From positions 1 through 64,000 of the forward strand of contig JAXLQJ010000025.1 in NCBI GenBank assembly GCA_046331705.1: 64,000 nucleotides of DNA, read 5' to 3'. The number at the start of each line of letters is the position of its first letter. The first letter of the stretch is position 1. Below are positions 11,440 through 20,383 of this stretch, in pieces. Made by a program: the position numbers and the translations under genes. The notes beneath the pieces are model-generated. The model ran no database searches and was not told where the DNA came from. It saw only the letters and a program-made list of their open reading frames with translations. Origin of the DNA: a bacterium. Its GTDB lineage: Bacteria; JADJOY01.

Positions 11440-12392
11440 GGGGGTCTGTTCCAGACCCCGCGGCGCGGCAAGCCGCGCGTCCCCCCCCGAGTCGTCGCTT
11501 CGCTGTCGGTCGCCTGCGGCTCGCGGCGAGAGGCGCGAGCGCGAGACCGGCGCTGAGCTTCGGTCCGGTGTGGTTGGTCGGGTCGTTCGCCCCGCCCGTC
11601 GCGGCGAAGCCGCGCCGGGTCCCACCCCCAAGTCGCCTCGCTTCGCTCGTCGGCTCGCCTTGCGGCTCGCGGCGAGAGGAGCGCGAGCGTCGAGACCGGG
11701 GCTGGTTCGGTCCGGTGCGGTTGGTCGGCGTTCCAGACCGCCGTCGCGAGCCGCCGGTCCCAGTCGCCTGCCGCTCGTCGCCTTGCGCCGCGGTGAGAGG
11801 AGCGCGAGCGTCGAGACCGGGGCGCTGAGCTTCGGTCCGGTGCGGTTGGTCGGGTCTGTTCCAGACCCCCGCCCGTCGCGGCGAAGCCGCGCCGGGTCCC
11901 ACCCCCAAGTCGCCTCGCTTCGCTCGTCGGCTCGCCTTGCGGCTCGCGGCGAGAGGGAGCGCGAGCGTCGAGACCGGGGCGCTGAGCTTCGGTCCGGTGT
12001 GGTTGGTCGGGTCTGTTCCAGACCCCCGCCCGTCGCGGCGGCCGCGTCCCCCGAGTCGCTCTTCGCTCGTCGGCTCGCCTTGCGGCTCGCGGCGAGGGAG
12101 CGCGAGCGTCGAGACCGGGGCGCTGAGCTTCGTCCGGTGCGGTTGGTCGGTCTGTTGCCCGCCCGTCGCGGCGAAGGCGCGCTGGGTCCCACCCCAAGTC
12201 GCCTCGCTTCGCTCGTCGGCTCGGCTTGCGGCTCGCGGCGAGAGGAGCGCGAGCGTCGAGACCGGGGCGCGAGTCGGTCCGGTGCGGGGTCTGTTCAGCC
12301 CCGCCCGGCGCGGCAAGGCGCCGGGTCCACCCCGGTCCTCCTTCGCTCGTCGCTCGGCTTGCGGCTCGCGCAGGTCGAGACGGTGCGCTGGC
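11440..12392. repeat. tandem array of 7 degenerate, hairpin-rich ~157 bp units (REP/BIME-like)
   Basis: Units start at about 11440, 11580, 11727, 11852, 12009, 12149 and 12286; most complete copy is 11852-12008; shared GGGTCTGTTCCAGACCCC, CGCGGCGAAGCCGCG, CTCGCTTCGCTCG, GAGCTTCGGTCCGGTG. Confidence 0.95.
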
Positions 12393-12758
12393 TCACCCTT
12401 CGGGCGTGTGACAGACGGCTACGACCTTGTTGCCCTCGGGATCGAAGACGAAGGCGCCGTAGTAGTTCGGGTGGTAGTGGGGCCTGAGCCCAGGTGCACC
12501 GTTGTCCTTGCCACCGGCGGCGATCGCGGCCGCGTGGAACGCGTCGACCGTCTTGCGGTCGGGGCTCGCGAACGCGACGTGGAGCTTCTTGGTCGCCTCG
12601 CCCTGGGCGATCCAGAAATCCGGCTTCCCGCCAGCGCCGAGGCCGACCACGCTGTCCCACTCCATCACCACTGCGTAGCCGAGCGGCGCGAGGGCCTTCA
12701 CGTAGAACGCCTTCGAGCGCGCGACATCCGTCACTTCCAAGCCGATGTGATCGATCAT
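12393..12758 (-). CDS. VOC (glyoxalase/bleomycin resistance) family protein
   Basis: MIDHIGLEV...SKAFY...LHVAF...DNGAPGLRPHYHPNYYGAFVFDPEGN. Confidence 0.93.
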   Translation of the reverse strand: MIDHIGLEVTDVARSKAFYVKALAPLGYAVVMEWDSVVGLGAGGKPDFWIAQGEATKKLHVAFASPDRKTVDAFHAAAIAAGGKDNGAPGLRPHYHPNYYGAFVFDPEGNKVVAVCHTPEG

Positions 12759-12847
12759 GACGAAAGCTCCTTTCGTGCTCGCGAGGTGGACGCGGCATCG
12801 CAGCGAAACCGACGGGCAGCGACGAAGATAGCGGTACGATTCAGCCC

Positions 12848-13726
12848 ATGGCGCGCAGCGACGATCCACTCGCGATCCGCCTCGTGATTCGCCGGGCGAC
12901 CGCGAAGCGGCCCATCTCGTTGCGCGCTTGGCACGCGGCGATTCGGGACGAGAGCGAGCTGCGCCGGGTGACCGCGACGGCATGGGCACCGCCTGGATTC
13001 GCCTACCGCCCCGGCGACGTGGAAGCGAGGGATGACGAGGGACGCTGGTGGCACGCGTTCCGATGGCGTGAGCCAGGCGAGATCGAGGTCGTGACCAGCG
13101 CCGAGCTGGCGCTCGCGCGTGCGCTCGAAACGCTCGACGAGCACCCGATCGTTCAGGTCGCGCACCCGCTCGCCGCGAAGCTCGGTGCCGAGGTCGTCGA
13201 GGAGCGGGGAACGACGGTCGATATCGGCTTCGGCGCCGGCGAGTGGCTTCGGACGATCGCACGCGAGCGGATTCGCGTCCTCGTGCGAGATCCGATCTTC
13301 CGATTCGAGCGCCCGGCAGGAGCGCCGCCAATTGCACTCGACGAGTGGCGCGCGGTGGTCGCGCGCATTCGCACGCTTCGGTGGCTCGATGAATCCCTCG
13401 AGCGAGGCGTGTGGCGGTACGGAGCGGCACTTCGACTTCCAGGTAGACATCCAAACAAGGGACGCCTCTTTCAGTGGTGCCGCGGCACGGTCGTGATCCA
13501 GCGAGTGGAGATCGCGGAGGCCGTTTGGTATCGCCGCGAGGGAGGACCCGACGCGATCTCGGCGCTCTGTCGTCGCGTGGCGACGGCTCTGAATGCGGAG
13601 ATCCGCACTCCGGAAGGTTGGATCCCCCACGGGGCCACGTCGCGCGCCGAGCGCCGGCGTGGCCTTGCGCGCGGCGCCGGCGCGCGACAGCCTAGGCGCC
13701 CCTCTCGAACGGGAAGGCGAAGGTGA
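12848..13726 (+). CDS. hypothetical protein with internal two-domain repeat
   Basis: Protein-like composition; stop overlaps the aguA start (GTGA 13723-13726). Confidence 0.7.
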   Translation: MARSDDPLAIRLVIRRATAKRPISLRAWHAAIRDESELRRVTATAWAPPGFAYRPGDVEARDDEGRWWHAFRWREPGEIEVVTSAELALARALETLDEHPIVQVAHPLAAKLGAEVVEERGTTVDIGFGAGEWLRTIARERIRVLVRDPIFRFERPAGAPPIALDEWRAVVARIRTLRWLDESLERGVWRYGAALRLPGRHPNKGRLFQWCRGTVVIQRVEIAEAVWYRREGGPDAISALCRRVATALNAEIRTPEGWIPHGATSRAERRRGLARGAGARQPRRPSRTGRRR

Positions 13727-14784
13727 ACGAGCGCGACGGGATGATCCCGGAGTGGGCGCCGCAAAGCGGCGTCCTGGTCACTTGGCCGCACGACGGCACG
13801 GATTGGCGCGACGATCTCGCGGCCGTGGACGCGTGCTTCGCCCGCATCGCGCGCGAGGTCACGCGCCGCGAGACGTTGGTCGCCGTGTGCCGGGATGCAG
13901 CGCACGCGGAGCTCGTCCAGGCGCTGGTGATCGCGGCCGGCGGCGACCCGTCGCGCCTCGCGTGCTGGGTCGCGCCGTCCAACGACACCTGGGCACGCGA
14001 TCACGGGCCGATCGCCGTGCGGCGCAAGGGCGGCGTGCGTTTGCTCGATTTCCGCTTCAACGGCTGGGGGGGCAAGTACCCCGCGGAGCTCGACGATCGG
14101 ATCACGCGCTGCATCCATGGCCAGGGTGCGTTCGGCCGCACGCCGCTCGAGTCGATCGACTTGGTGCTGGAGGGCGGCAGCCTGGAAGTGGACGGGCGCG
14201 GCTCGCTGCTCACCACCTCGCGATGCTTGCTCGCGCCGACGCGGAATCCTGACCTCGATCGCGTCACGTCCGAGGCGGCGCTGCGCGCCTACCTCGGGGT
14301 CGAGCGCGTGCTCTGGCTCGAGCACGGCGGGCTCGAAGGCGACGACACCGACGGTCACATCGACACGCTCGCGCGCTTCACCGACCCGCACACGATCGCC
14401 TATCAGGCGTGCGACGATCCCGCCGATTCCCACCACGACGATCTCGCCGCCATGGCCGACGAGCTCGCGCAGCTTCGCGACTCCGACGGAAACGCCTACC
14501 GACTCGAAGCGTTGCCCTGGCCGCGGCCCGCGTACGACGCCGCGACCGGCCGGCGGCTGCCGGCCACCTACGCCAACTTCTTGATCGTGAACGGCGCCGT
14601 GCTGGTGCCGGCCTACGGCGGACCGGCCGACGACCAGGCGAGGCTGGTGCTGGGCCGCTGCTTCCCCGAGCGGGAGATCGTGCCCATCGACTGTCGCCCG
14701 CTGATCCGTGGCTTCGGCAGCCTGCACTGTGTGACGATGCAGATTCCCGCCGGAGTGGTGCCGGCGCGGGTGGACGAGCCATGA
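13723..14784 (+). CDS. aguA: agmatine deiminase family protein
   Basis: PEWAPQ, DTWARDHGP, FNGWGGKY, LEGGS, GDDTDGHID, GSLHCVTMQ (catalytic Cys). Confidence 0.93.
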   Translation: MNERDGMIPEWAPQSGVLVTWPHDGTDWRDDLAAVDACFARIAREVTRRETLVAVCRDAAHAELVQALVIAAGGDPSRLACWVAPSNDTWARDHGPIAVRRKGGVRLLDFRFNGWGGKYPAELDDRITRCIHGQGAFGRTPLESIDLVLEGGSLEVDGRGSLLTTSRCLLAPTRNPDLDRVTSEAALRAYLGVERVLWLEHGGLEGDDTDGHIDTLARFTDPHTIAYQACDDPADSHHDDLAAMADELAQLRDSDGNAYRLEALPWPRPAYDAATGRRLPATYANFLIVNGAVLVPAYGGPADDQARLVLGRCFPEREIVPIDCRPLIRGFGSLHCVTMQIPAGVVPARVDEP

Positions 14785-15671
14785 CGCGCGGCAAGCTCTC
14801 GATCGGACTGGTCCAGCAGAGCTGCACCGCGGACCGGGAGCGCAACCTGGCCGCGAGCATCGACGGCGTGCGCGAGGCCGCGCGTCGCGGCGCCAAGCTC
14901 GTGTGCTTGCCCGAGCTCCACGCGAGCCTCTACTTCTGTCAGACCGAGGACACGCGCGCTTTCGATCTCGCCGAGCCGATCCCCGGCCCCACCGTGGAGC
15001 GCGTCGCGGCGGTGGCGCGCGAGCTCGGCGTGGTGGTGGTCGCCTCGGTGTTCGAGCGCAGGGCCGCGGGGCTCTACCACAACACGGCGGTGGTTCTCGA
15101 CGCCGACGGGTCGATCGCGGGCCGCTATCGGAAGATGCACATCCCCGACGATCCGGGGTACTACGAGAAGTTCTACTTCACGCCCGGCGATCTGGGATTC
15201 GAGCCGATCCGCACGTCGGTGGGCCGGCTCGGCGTGCTGGTGTGCTGGGACCAGTGGTATCCGGAGGCGGCGCGGCTCATGGCGCTCGGCGGCGCCGAGC
15301 TGCTTCTCTATCCCACCGCCATCGGCTGGTCGGCCGAGGACGACCCAGCGGATCAGGAGCGTCAGCGCGACGCCTGGATGACGATTCAGCGCGCGCACGC
15401 CGTGGCCAACGGCGTCCCGGTGGTGGCGTGCAATCGCACCGGCTACGAGGCCGATCCCTCGGGCGCCACCGGTGGGCTGCAGTTCTGGGGCTCGAGCTTC
15501 GTGGCCGGACCGCAAGGCGAGATCGTCGACCAAGCCGGACCCGAGCGCAGTCAGGTGCTGGTGGTCGAGGTCGATCTCGCCCACGGCGAGAACGTGCGCC
15601 GCATCTGGCCGTTCCTGCGCGACCGCCGCATCGACGCCTACGCCGATCTCGTCCGTCGCTTCCGCGATTGA
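14781..15671 (+). CDS. aguB: N-carbamoylputrescine amidase (carbon-nitrogen hydrolase)
   Basis: CLPEL, YRKMHIPDDPGYYEKFYFTPGD, VCWDQWYPE, WPFLRDRR; ATGA overlap with aguA. Confidence 0.92.
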   Translation: MTRGKLSIGLVQQSCTADRERNLAASIDGVREAARRGAKLVCLPELHASLYFCQTEDTRAFDLAEPIPGPTVERVAAVARELGVVVVASVFERRAAGLYHNTAVVLDADGSIAGRYRKMHIPDDPGYYEKFYFTPGDLGFEPIRTSVGRLGVLVCWDQWYPEAARLMALGGAELLLYPTAIGWSAEDDPADQERQRDAWMTIQRAHAVANGVPVVACNRTGYEADPSGATGGLQFWGSSFVAGPQGEIVDQAGPERSQVLVVEVDLAHGENVRRIWPFLRDRRIDAYADLVRRFRD

Positions 15672-15695
15672 GCCCGGGCCGAGCGACGCGCGCGT

Positions 15696-17204
15696 TCAAG
15701 CCGCGAACGGCAGCAGGCGCGGCGCTGTGCGGTGGTGTTCCTCCGCGTGGGCGCGGATGCCGTCGAGCATGCCGGCGAACACGATGCCGTGCAGCGGCGC
15801 GACCGCGTACCAGTAGACGAGCCCACCCAGACCGCGCGGCTTGAAGCGCGCGGTCTGGGTGAGGATGGAGCGGTCGTCGCCGTCGGGCTCGATGGCGAAC
15901 TCGAGCGACGCCTCGCCTGGGAGCTTCATCTCCGCCCGCAGCTCGAGTCGGCGATCGGCGATCGAGTCGGTGACGCGCCAGAAGTCGAGCGCTTCTCCGT
16001 ACGCAACGGTCTCGGGATCACGGCGCCCGCGGCGCAAGCCGGGCCCTCCCACCAGTCGGTCCATCGCGCCGCGCAGCCGCCACAGCCAATCGGCGGCGTA
16101 ATAGCCGTGCCCGCCGCCCACCCGGCACACCGCGCGGTAGGTGATGGCGGCGGGCGCCGCGACGGCTCGTGTCCTTCGATCCACGAACATCGTGCCGCCC
16201 GCCCAGTCGGGATCGCCCGGCACGCGGCCGGCATCCGACCAGCTCGTCTCGACCTGGCGCTCGGCGATCCGCTCGAGGGCGGCGGCGATCGCCTCCTCGA
16301 TGCCGAGCAGGCGCTGGGGCATGAGCCGGATGGCGCGGTCGTCGCGGCAGACCACCCGATTGCGCATCCCTTCCGCCAGCGGGCGAGCGATCCGGTGGCT
16401 GAGCGGCGTCACCAGGTGGATCCAGAGCGAGCTCAAGCGCGGGGTCAGCACCGGCACCGGCAGGATCACGCGGCGCGACAGACCGCGGCACCGGGCCATG
16501 AGGTGCATGATCTCGCGGTAGCTCCGGATCTCCGCGCCACCGATGTCGAAGGTGTTGCCGATGGTCTCGGGAACTTCGAGGCACCGCACCAGGTACTCGA
16601 GGACGTTGCGGACGGCGATCGGCTGGCACTCGGTGTGGACCCAGCGCGGCGTGATCATCACGGGCAGGCGTTCCACCAGGTAGCGAAGGATCTCGAACGA
16701 CGCCGAGCCGGAGCCGATGATCATCGCCGCGCGAAACACCGTGACCGGGACCGGACCGGTGGCCAACGCGAGCTCGACGTCACGACGCGAGCTCAAGTGC
16801 TCGCTCAGGCCCGGGCCGGTCTCGCCGAGACCCCCGAGGTAGACGATGCGCGACAGCCCGGCGCGGCCGGCGCTGCGTGCGAAGCCGCGCGCCAGCGCCT
16901 GATCGACGTGGGCGTACTCGCGACCCACGGCCATCATCGAGTGGACGAGGTAGTAGGCGGTCGAGCAGCCGGTGAGCGCGCGAAAGAGATCCGGCGCCTC
17001 GGACACGTCGCCGGCGACGATCTCGACGTTGGGATGATCGGCCCACGACCGAGCGGCGAGCTTGCGCGGATCGCGGGCCAGGCAACGCACCCGGTAGCCG
17101 GCCTCGAGCAAGCGCGGCACCAACCGCCCGCCGATGTAGCCGGTGGCGCCGGTGACCAGCACCGGGCGACGGTCACGGGCGGCAGCCTCGATTCGAGTGT
17201 TCAT
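15696..17204 (-). CDS. YbjT-like SDR oxidoreductase with C-terminal DUF2867-type domain
   Basis: VTGATGYIGG, YYLVHSM, GSGSASFEILR, ALDFWRV, LRAEMKLPGEA. Confidence 0.9.
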   Translation of the reverse strand: MNTRIEAAARDRRPVLVTGATGYIGGRLVPRLLEAGYRVRCLARDPRKLAARSWADHPNVEIVAGDVSEAPDLFRALTGCSTAYYLVHSMMAVGREYAHVDQALARGFARSAGRAGLSRIVYLGGLGETGPGLSEHLSSRRDVELALATGPVPVTVFRAAMIIGSGSASFEILRYLVERLPVMITPRWVHTECQPIAVRNVLEYLVRCLEVPETIGNTFDIGGAEIRSYREIMHLMARCRGLSRRVILPVPVLTPRLSSLWIHLVTPLSHRIARPLAEGMRNRVVCRDDRAIRLMPQRLLGIEEAIAAALERIAERQVETSWSDAGRVPGDPDWAGGTMFVDRRTRAVAAPAAITYRAVCRVGGGHGYYAADWLWRLRGAMDRLVGGPGLRRGRRDPETVAYGEALDFWRVTDSIADRRLELRAEMKLPGEASLEFAIEPDGDDRSILTQTARFKPRGLGGLVYWYAVAPLHGIVFAGMLDGIRAHAEEHHRTAPRLLPFAA

Positions 17205-17241
17205 GGGTGTCTCCCGGGGGGATCACAGCATCGCCGATATC

Positions 17242-17277
17242 GATACAAATTATATACAAAATGTATACATCAGGCAA
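17242..17277 (-). promoter_or_regulatory. sigma70 promoter of the ybjT-like gene overlapped by 11-bp-periodic repeats
   Basis: Minus strand TTGCCT (17277-17272), 17 bp spacer, TATAAT (17254-17249); plus strand GATACAAATTA/TATACAAAATG/TATACAT. Confidence 0.75.
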
Positions 17278-17420
17278 TGGCCGAGCCTCGCGGCGAGCGC
17301 CCGGCCGCAGCGCTTCCGCCCTGACCCCGCGGTGGAGGGCGCCGGCGCTTGACGCGTGGAGGCGAGCGATGGTGGGCTCACCGCCCCGGTCGTCGGATCC
17401 ACCGCGCCGCTCGCCTGAAC

Positions 17421-18206
17421 ATGCCCCGATCCACGTCCGCGCTCGAGGACGCCGCGCCGGCGTCGATCCTGGCGCGCGCGTCGCGTTTGCGCGCCGCGCA
17501 CTGCTTCGGGCGGCTTCCCGGCGCGGACACGGAGAAGCTGGTGCGGGAAGCGCGCGTGCAGCGCCTCGCCGAGGGCGAGCCGCTGTGGCGCGCCGGGGCG
17601 CCGGGTGCAGGCTTCGCGCTCGTCCACGAAGGGTTGGTGTTGATCGCGGCGCCGCGGGCCGACGGCGAGCGCGCGGTGCTGGGGCTCTTCGGGGCCGGCG
17701 AGTGCGTCGGGATCGCCGCCGCGCTCGACGGCTCCGCGTACCCGGCGGACGCGATCGCGTTCACCCGCTCGGTCGAGGTGCTGTGGATCCCCTCGGTGGC
17801 GCTGCGCTCGCTCGCCTCGGCGAGCCCGGCCGTGGCGCGCGCGATCCAGCACGCGCTGCTCGCTCACACGCAGGCGCTCCGGGTGAAGATCGAGATCCTT
17901 TCGGCAGGCAAGGTGCCGGCGCGGATCGCCTCGTTGCTGCTCCACCTGGGCGAGCGCTTCGGCACGCCGCTGCCCGGCGGCGCGATCCGTCTCGAGCTGC
18001 CGGTCTCGCGCCAGGCGATCGCGGAGCTGGTGTCGGCGCGAACCGAGACGGTGATCCGCTGTCTCACCCGCTGGAAGCGCGCGGGGGCGATCGACTCGGA
18101 CCCGCGCGGGTTCACGCTCCGCGACCGCGAGGTGCTCCGTCTCGCGCGCGGCGGGCTCGACGAGAACGAGGCGCGCCGGGTCCCGCGCGTCGCGCGCGGC
18201 GACTGA
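17421..18206 (+). CDS. Crp/Fnr family transcriptional regulator (DNR-like by context)
   Basis: cNMP-binding-like domain (GLFGAGECVG...YPADAIA), HTH VSRQAIAELVSARTETVIR; directly upstream of norC. Confidence 0.9.
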   Translation: MPRSTSALEDAAPASILARASRLRAAHCFGRLPGADTEKLVREARVQRLAEGEPLWRAGAPGAGFALVHEGLVLIAAPRADGERAVLGLFGAGECVGIAAALDGSAYPADAIAFTRSVEVLWIPSVALRSLASASPAVARAIQHALLAHTQALRVKIEILSAGKVPARIASLLLHLGERFGTPLPGGAIRLELPVSRQAIAELVSARTETVIRCLTRWKRAGAIDSDPRGFTLRDREVLRLARGGLDENEARRVPRVARGD

Positions 18207-18244
18207 CAATTCTCATTGGTGGTCCCCGGACACGCTCGTAACGT
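18203..18244 (+). promoter_or_regulatory. candidate class II Crp/Fnr-dependent nor promoter
   Basis: TGA-CAATTC-TCA (18204-18215) followed by -10-like TAACGT (18239-18244). Confidence 0.5.
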
Positions 18245-18297
18245 TGGGGCGTGACCGAGGCGGGGTAGGCCCGTCTCGCGCTCGAGCGAGGACCGGG

Positions 18298-18987
18298 ATG
18301 CTGACCAAGTCGCAAGCGCGCGCGTTCTTCTTCGTGGGGACCGGGCTGTGCACGTTGGCCTTCGTGGGCCTCACCGTCGACACCTTCCGCCGAATGCCCG
18401 CGCAGACCCACGCCGACCAGATCACCGCCGAGGTGGCGCGCGGCAAGCAGCTGTGGGAATCCAGCAATTGCATGGGTTGCCATACGATTTTCGGCGAGGG
18501 CGCCTACTACGCTCCCGAGCTCACCAAGGTCTACGAGCGGCGCGGCGAGGTCTTCATCCGCGGTCAGCTTCGCGATCCGGAGAAGATGTTCCCCGGCCAG
18601 CGCAAGATGACCAACTACCACTTCGACGAGGCGCAGATCGGCGATCTGGTGGCGTTCCTGAGATGGGCAGGCACGGTCGACCTCAACGGGTTTCCGGCGA
18701 AGCCCACGCTCCAGATCGGCGCCGCGCCCGCCGTGGCTGCCGCATCCATCGCTTCACGGCCGCAGGTCTTCAACCAGATCTGCGCGGCCTGTCACTCGCT
18801 GGGCGGGGCGGGCGGCGCGGTCGGGCCGGCTCTCGACGGCGTGGGTGGTCGCCGCGATGCCGAGTTCCTGAAGCGCTGGATCTCGAACCCGCCCTCGGTG
18901 AAGCCCGACACCAAGATGCCGAAGCTGCCGCTCACGGATGCACAGATCGACGAGCTGGTCGCGTTTCTCGCCAGCCAGAGAGGATGA
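18298..18987 (+). CDS. norC: nitric oxide reductase subunit C, di-haem form
   Basis: MLTKSQARAFF TM anchor, CMGCHTIFGEGAYYAPELTKV, second CAACH domain. Confidence 0.93.
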   Translation: MLTKSQARAFFFVGTGLCTLAFVGLTVDTFRRMPAQTHADQITAEVARGKQLWESSNCMGCHTIFGEGAYYAPELTKVYERRGEVFIRGQLRDPEKMFPGQRKMTNYHFDEAQIGDLVAFLRWAGTVDLNGFPAKPTLQIGAAPAVAAASIASRPQVFNQICAACHSLGGAGGAVGPALDGVGGRRDAEFLKRWISNPPSVKPDTKMPKLPLTDAQIDELVAFLASQRG

Positions 18988-18991
18988 AGCG

Positions 18992-20383
18992 ATGCGATTC
19001 CAATCCCAGCGTGTCGCGTGGTGGTTCTTCGCCACCTCGATGCTCTTGCTCGGGCTGCAGCTCGTCTACGGCTTCATCATGGCGTTCGCGCACGCCGGCT
19101 ACGACGTCTTGCACGCGTGGATCCCCTTCAACGCCGCGCGCGCGGTGCACACCAACCTGCTGGTGATGTGGCTCCTGAGCGGCTTCATGGGGGCGGCGTA
19201 CTTCATCATCCCGGACGAGTCGGGGCGCGAGCTCTACTGGCCCAAGCTCGCGTACGTCCAGCTCGCGGCGTTCGTGGCCGTCGGGGTGACGGCCATCGTC
19301 GGCTACCACTTCGGCTGGTGGGAGGGGCGCAAGTTCCTGGAGATCCCGCGCCCGCTCGACTACCTGGTGGTGGTCGACGTGCTGCTCTTCGTCGCCAACA
19401 TCGGCATGACCGTGTGGACCGGGAAGCGCTTCACGACCACCAGCCTGGTGCTCTTCTTCGGGCTCTTGATGGCGGCGCTGCTCTACCTGCCCGGCATGAT
19501 CCCCACCACCAACCAGACCGTCGACAGCTACTGGCGCTGGTGGGTGGTCCACCTGTGGGTGGAGGGCGTGTGGGAGCTCATCATGGGCGGCATCCTCGCG
19601 TACCTGCTCATCAAGCTCACCGGTGTGGATCGCGAGCTGGTCGAGAAGTGGCTCTACGTGATCGTCGGATTCACGTTTCTCTCGGGGGTGCTGGGCACGG
19701 GCCACCACTACTACTGGATCGGCACGCCGCGGTACTGGCTCATGGTGGGCGGTGTCTTCTCGGCGCTCGAGCCGGTCGCGTTCCTCGGCATGGCGATCTA
19801 CGCGATCTCGATGGCCAAGCGCGGCGGTCGCACCCAGACCAACCGCGTGGCGCTGTCGTGGAGCGTCGGCTGCGCGGTGATGAGCTTCGTGGGCGCCGGC
19901 TTCCTCGGCTTCGCGCACACGCTGCCGCAGGTGAATCTCTACACCCACGGCACGCTCGTCACGGCGATGCACGGGCACATGGCGTTCTGGGGTGCCTACG
20001 CGATGCTGGTGCTCGCGATCATCGCGTACACGCTGCCGCTGCTCACCGGCCGCGACCGCGTGGACACGGCGCCGTCGGTGTTCGCGTTCTGGACCTCCAA
20101 CATCGGCATGATCGCGATGACCTTGGCGTTCGCGGTCGCGGGAGTCGTGCAGGTCACGCTGGAGCGGCGCGCCGGCATGGACTTCATGGCGGTGCAGACG
20201 GAGATCCAGATCCATTTCGTGGGCCTGATCCTGGCGGCCTCGCTCTTCACGCTCGGCATCGGTGCCTTCGTCTGGACGTTCATCCGCAGCGGCATGCCTG
20301 TCGGTCGCGTGACGCCGTCACTGGTGCTCGACGAGGAACCCGTCGCGGCGCAGACGCTGGGCCGCGCCGTGAGCCATGCCTGA
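18992..20383 (+). CDS. norB: nitric oxide reductase subunit B (cNOR)
   Basis: HTNLL, EGRKFLE, WWVVHLWVEGVWE, GTGHHYYWIG, GFAHTLPQVN, HGHMAFWG. Confidence 0.96.
   Translation: MRFQSQRVAWWFFATSMLLLGLQLVYGFIMAFAHAGYDVLHAWIPFNAARAVHTNLLVMWLLSGFMGAAYFIIPDESGRELYWPKLAYVQLAAFVAVGVTAIVGYHFGWWEGRKFLEIPRPLDYLVVVDVLLFVANIGMTVWTGKRFTTTSLVLFFGLLMAALLYLPGMIPTTNQTVDSYWRWWVVHLWVEGVWELIMGGILAYLLIKLTGVDRELVEKWLYVIVGFTFLSGVLGTGHHYYWIGTPRYWLMVGGVFSALEPVAFLGMAIYAISMAKRGGRTQTNRVALSWSVGCAVMSFVGAGFLGFAHTLPQVNLYTHGTLVTAMHGHMAFWGAYAMLVLAIIAYTLPLLTGRDRVDTAPSVFAFWTSNIGMIAMTLAFAVAGVVQVTLERRAGMDFMAVQTEIQIHFVGLILAASLFTLGIGAFVWTFIRSGMPVGRVTPSLVLDEEPVAAQTLGRAVSHA

Noticed and set aside
11440-12392. CRISPR array
   Set aside because: Units are 107-157 bp and repeated throughout with no unique spacers; no cas genes in the window
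10566-12487. Repetitive ORFs across the array (543, 501, 359 and 262 aa)
   Set aside because: The repeat peptides switch frame between copies because of non-triplet indels, consistent with non-coding DNA
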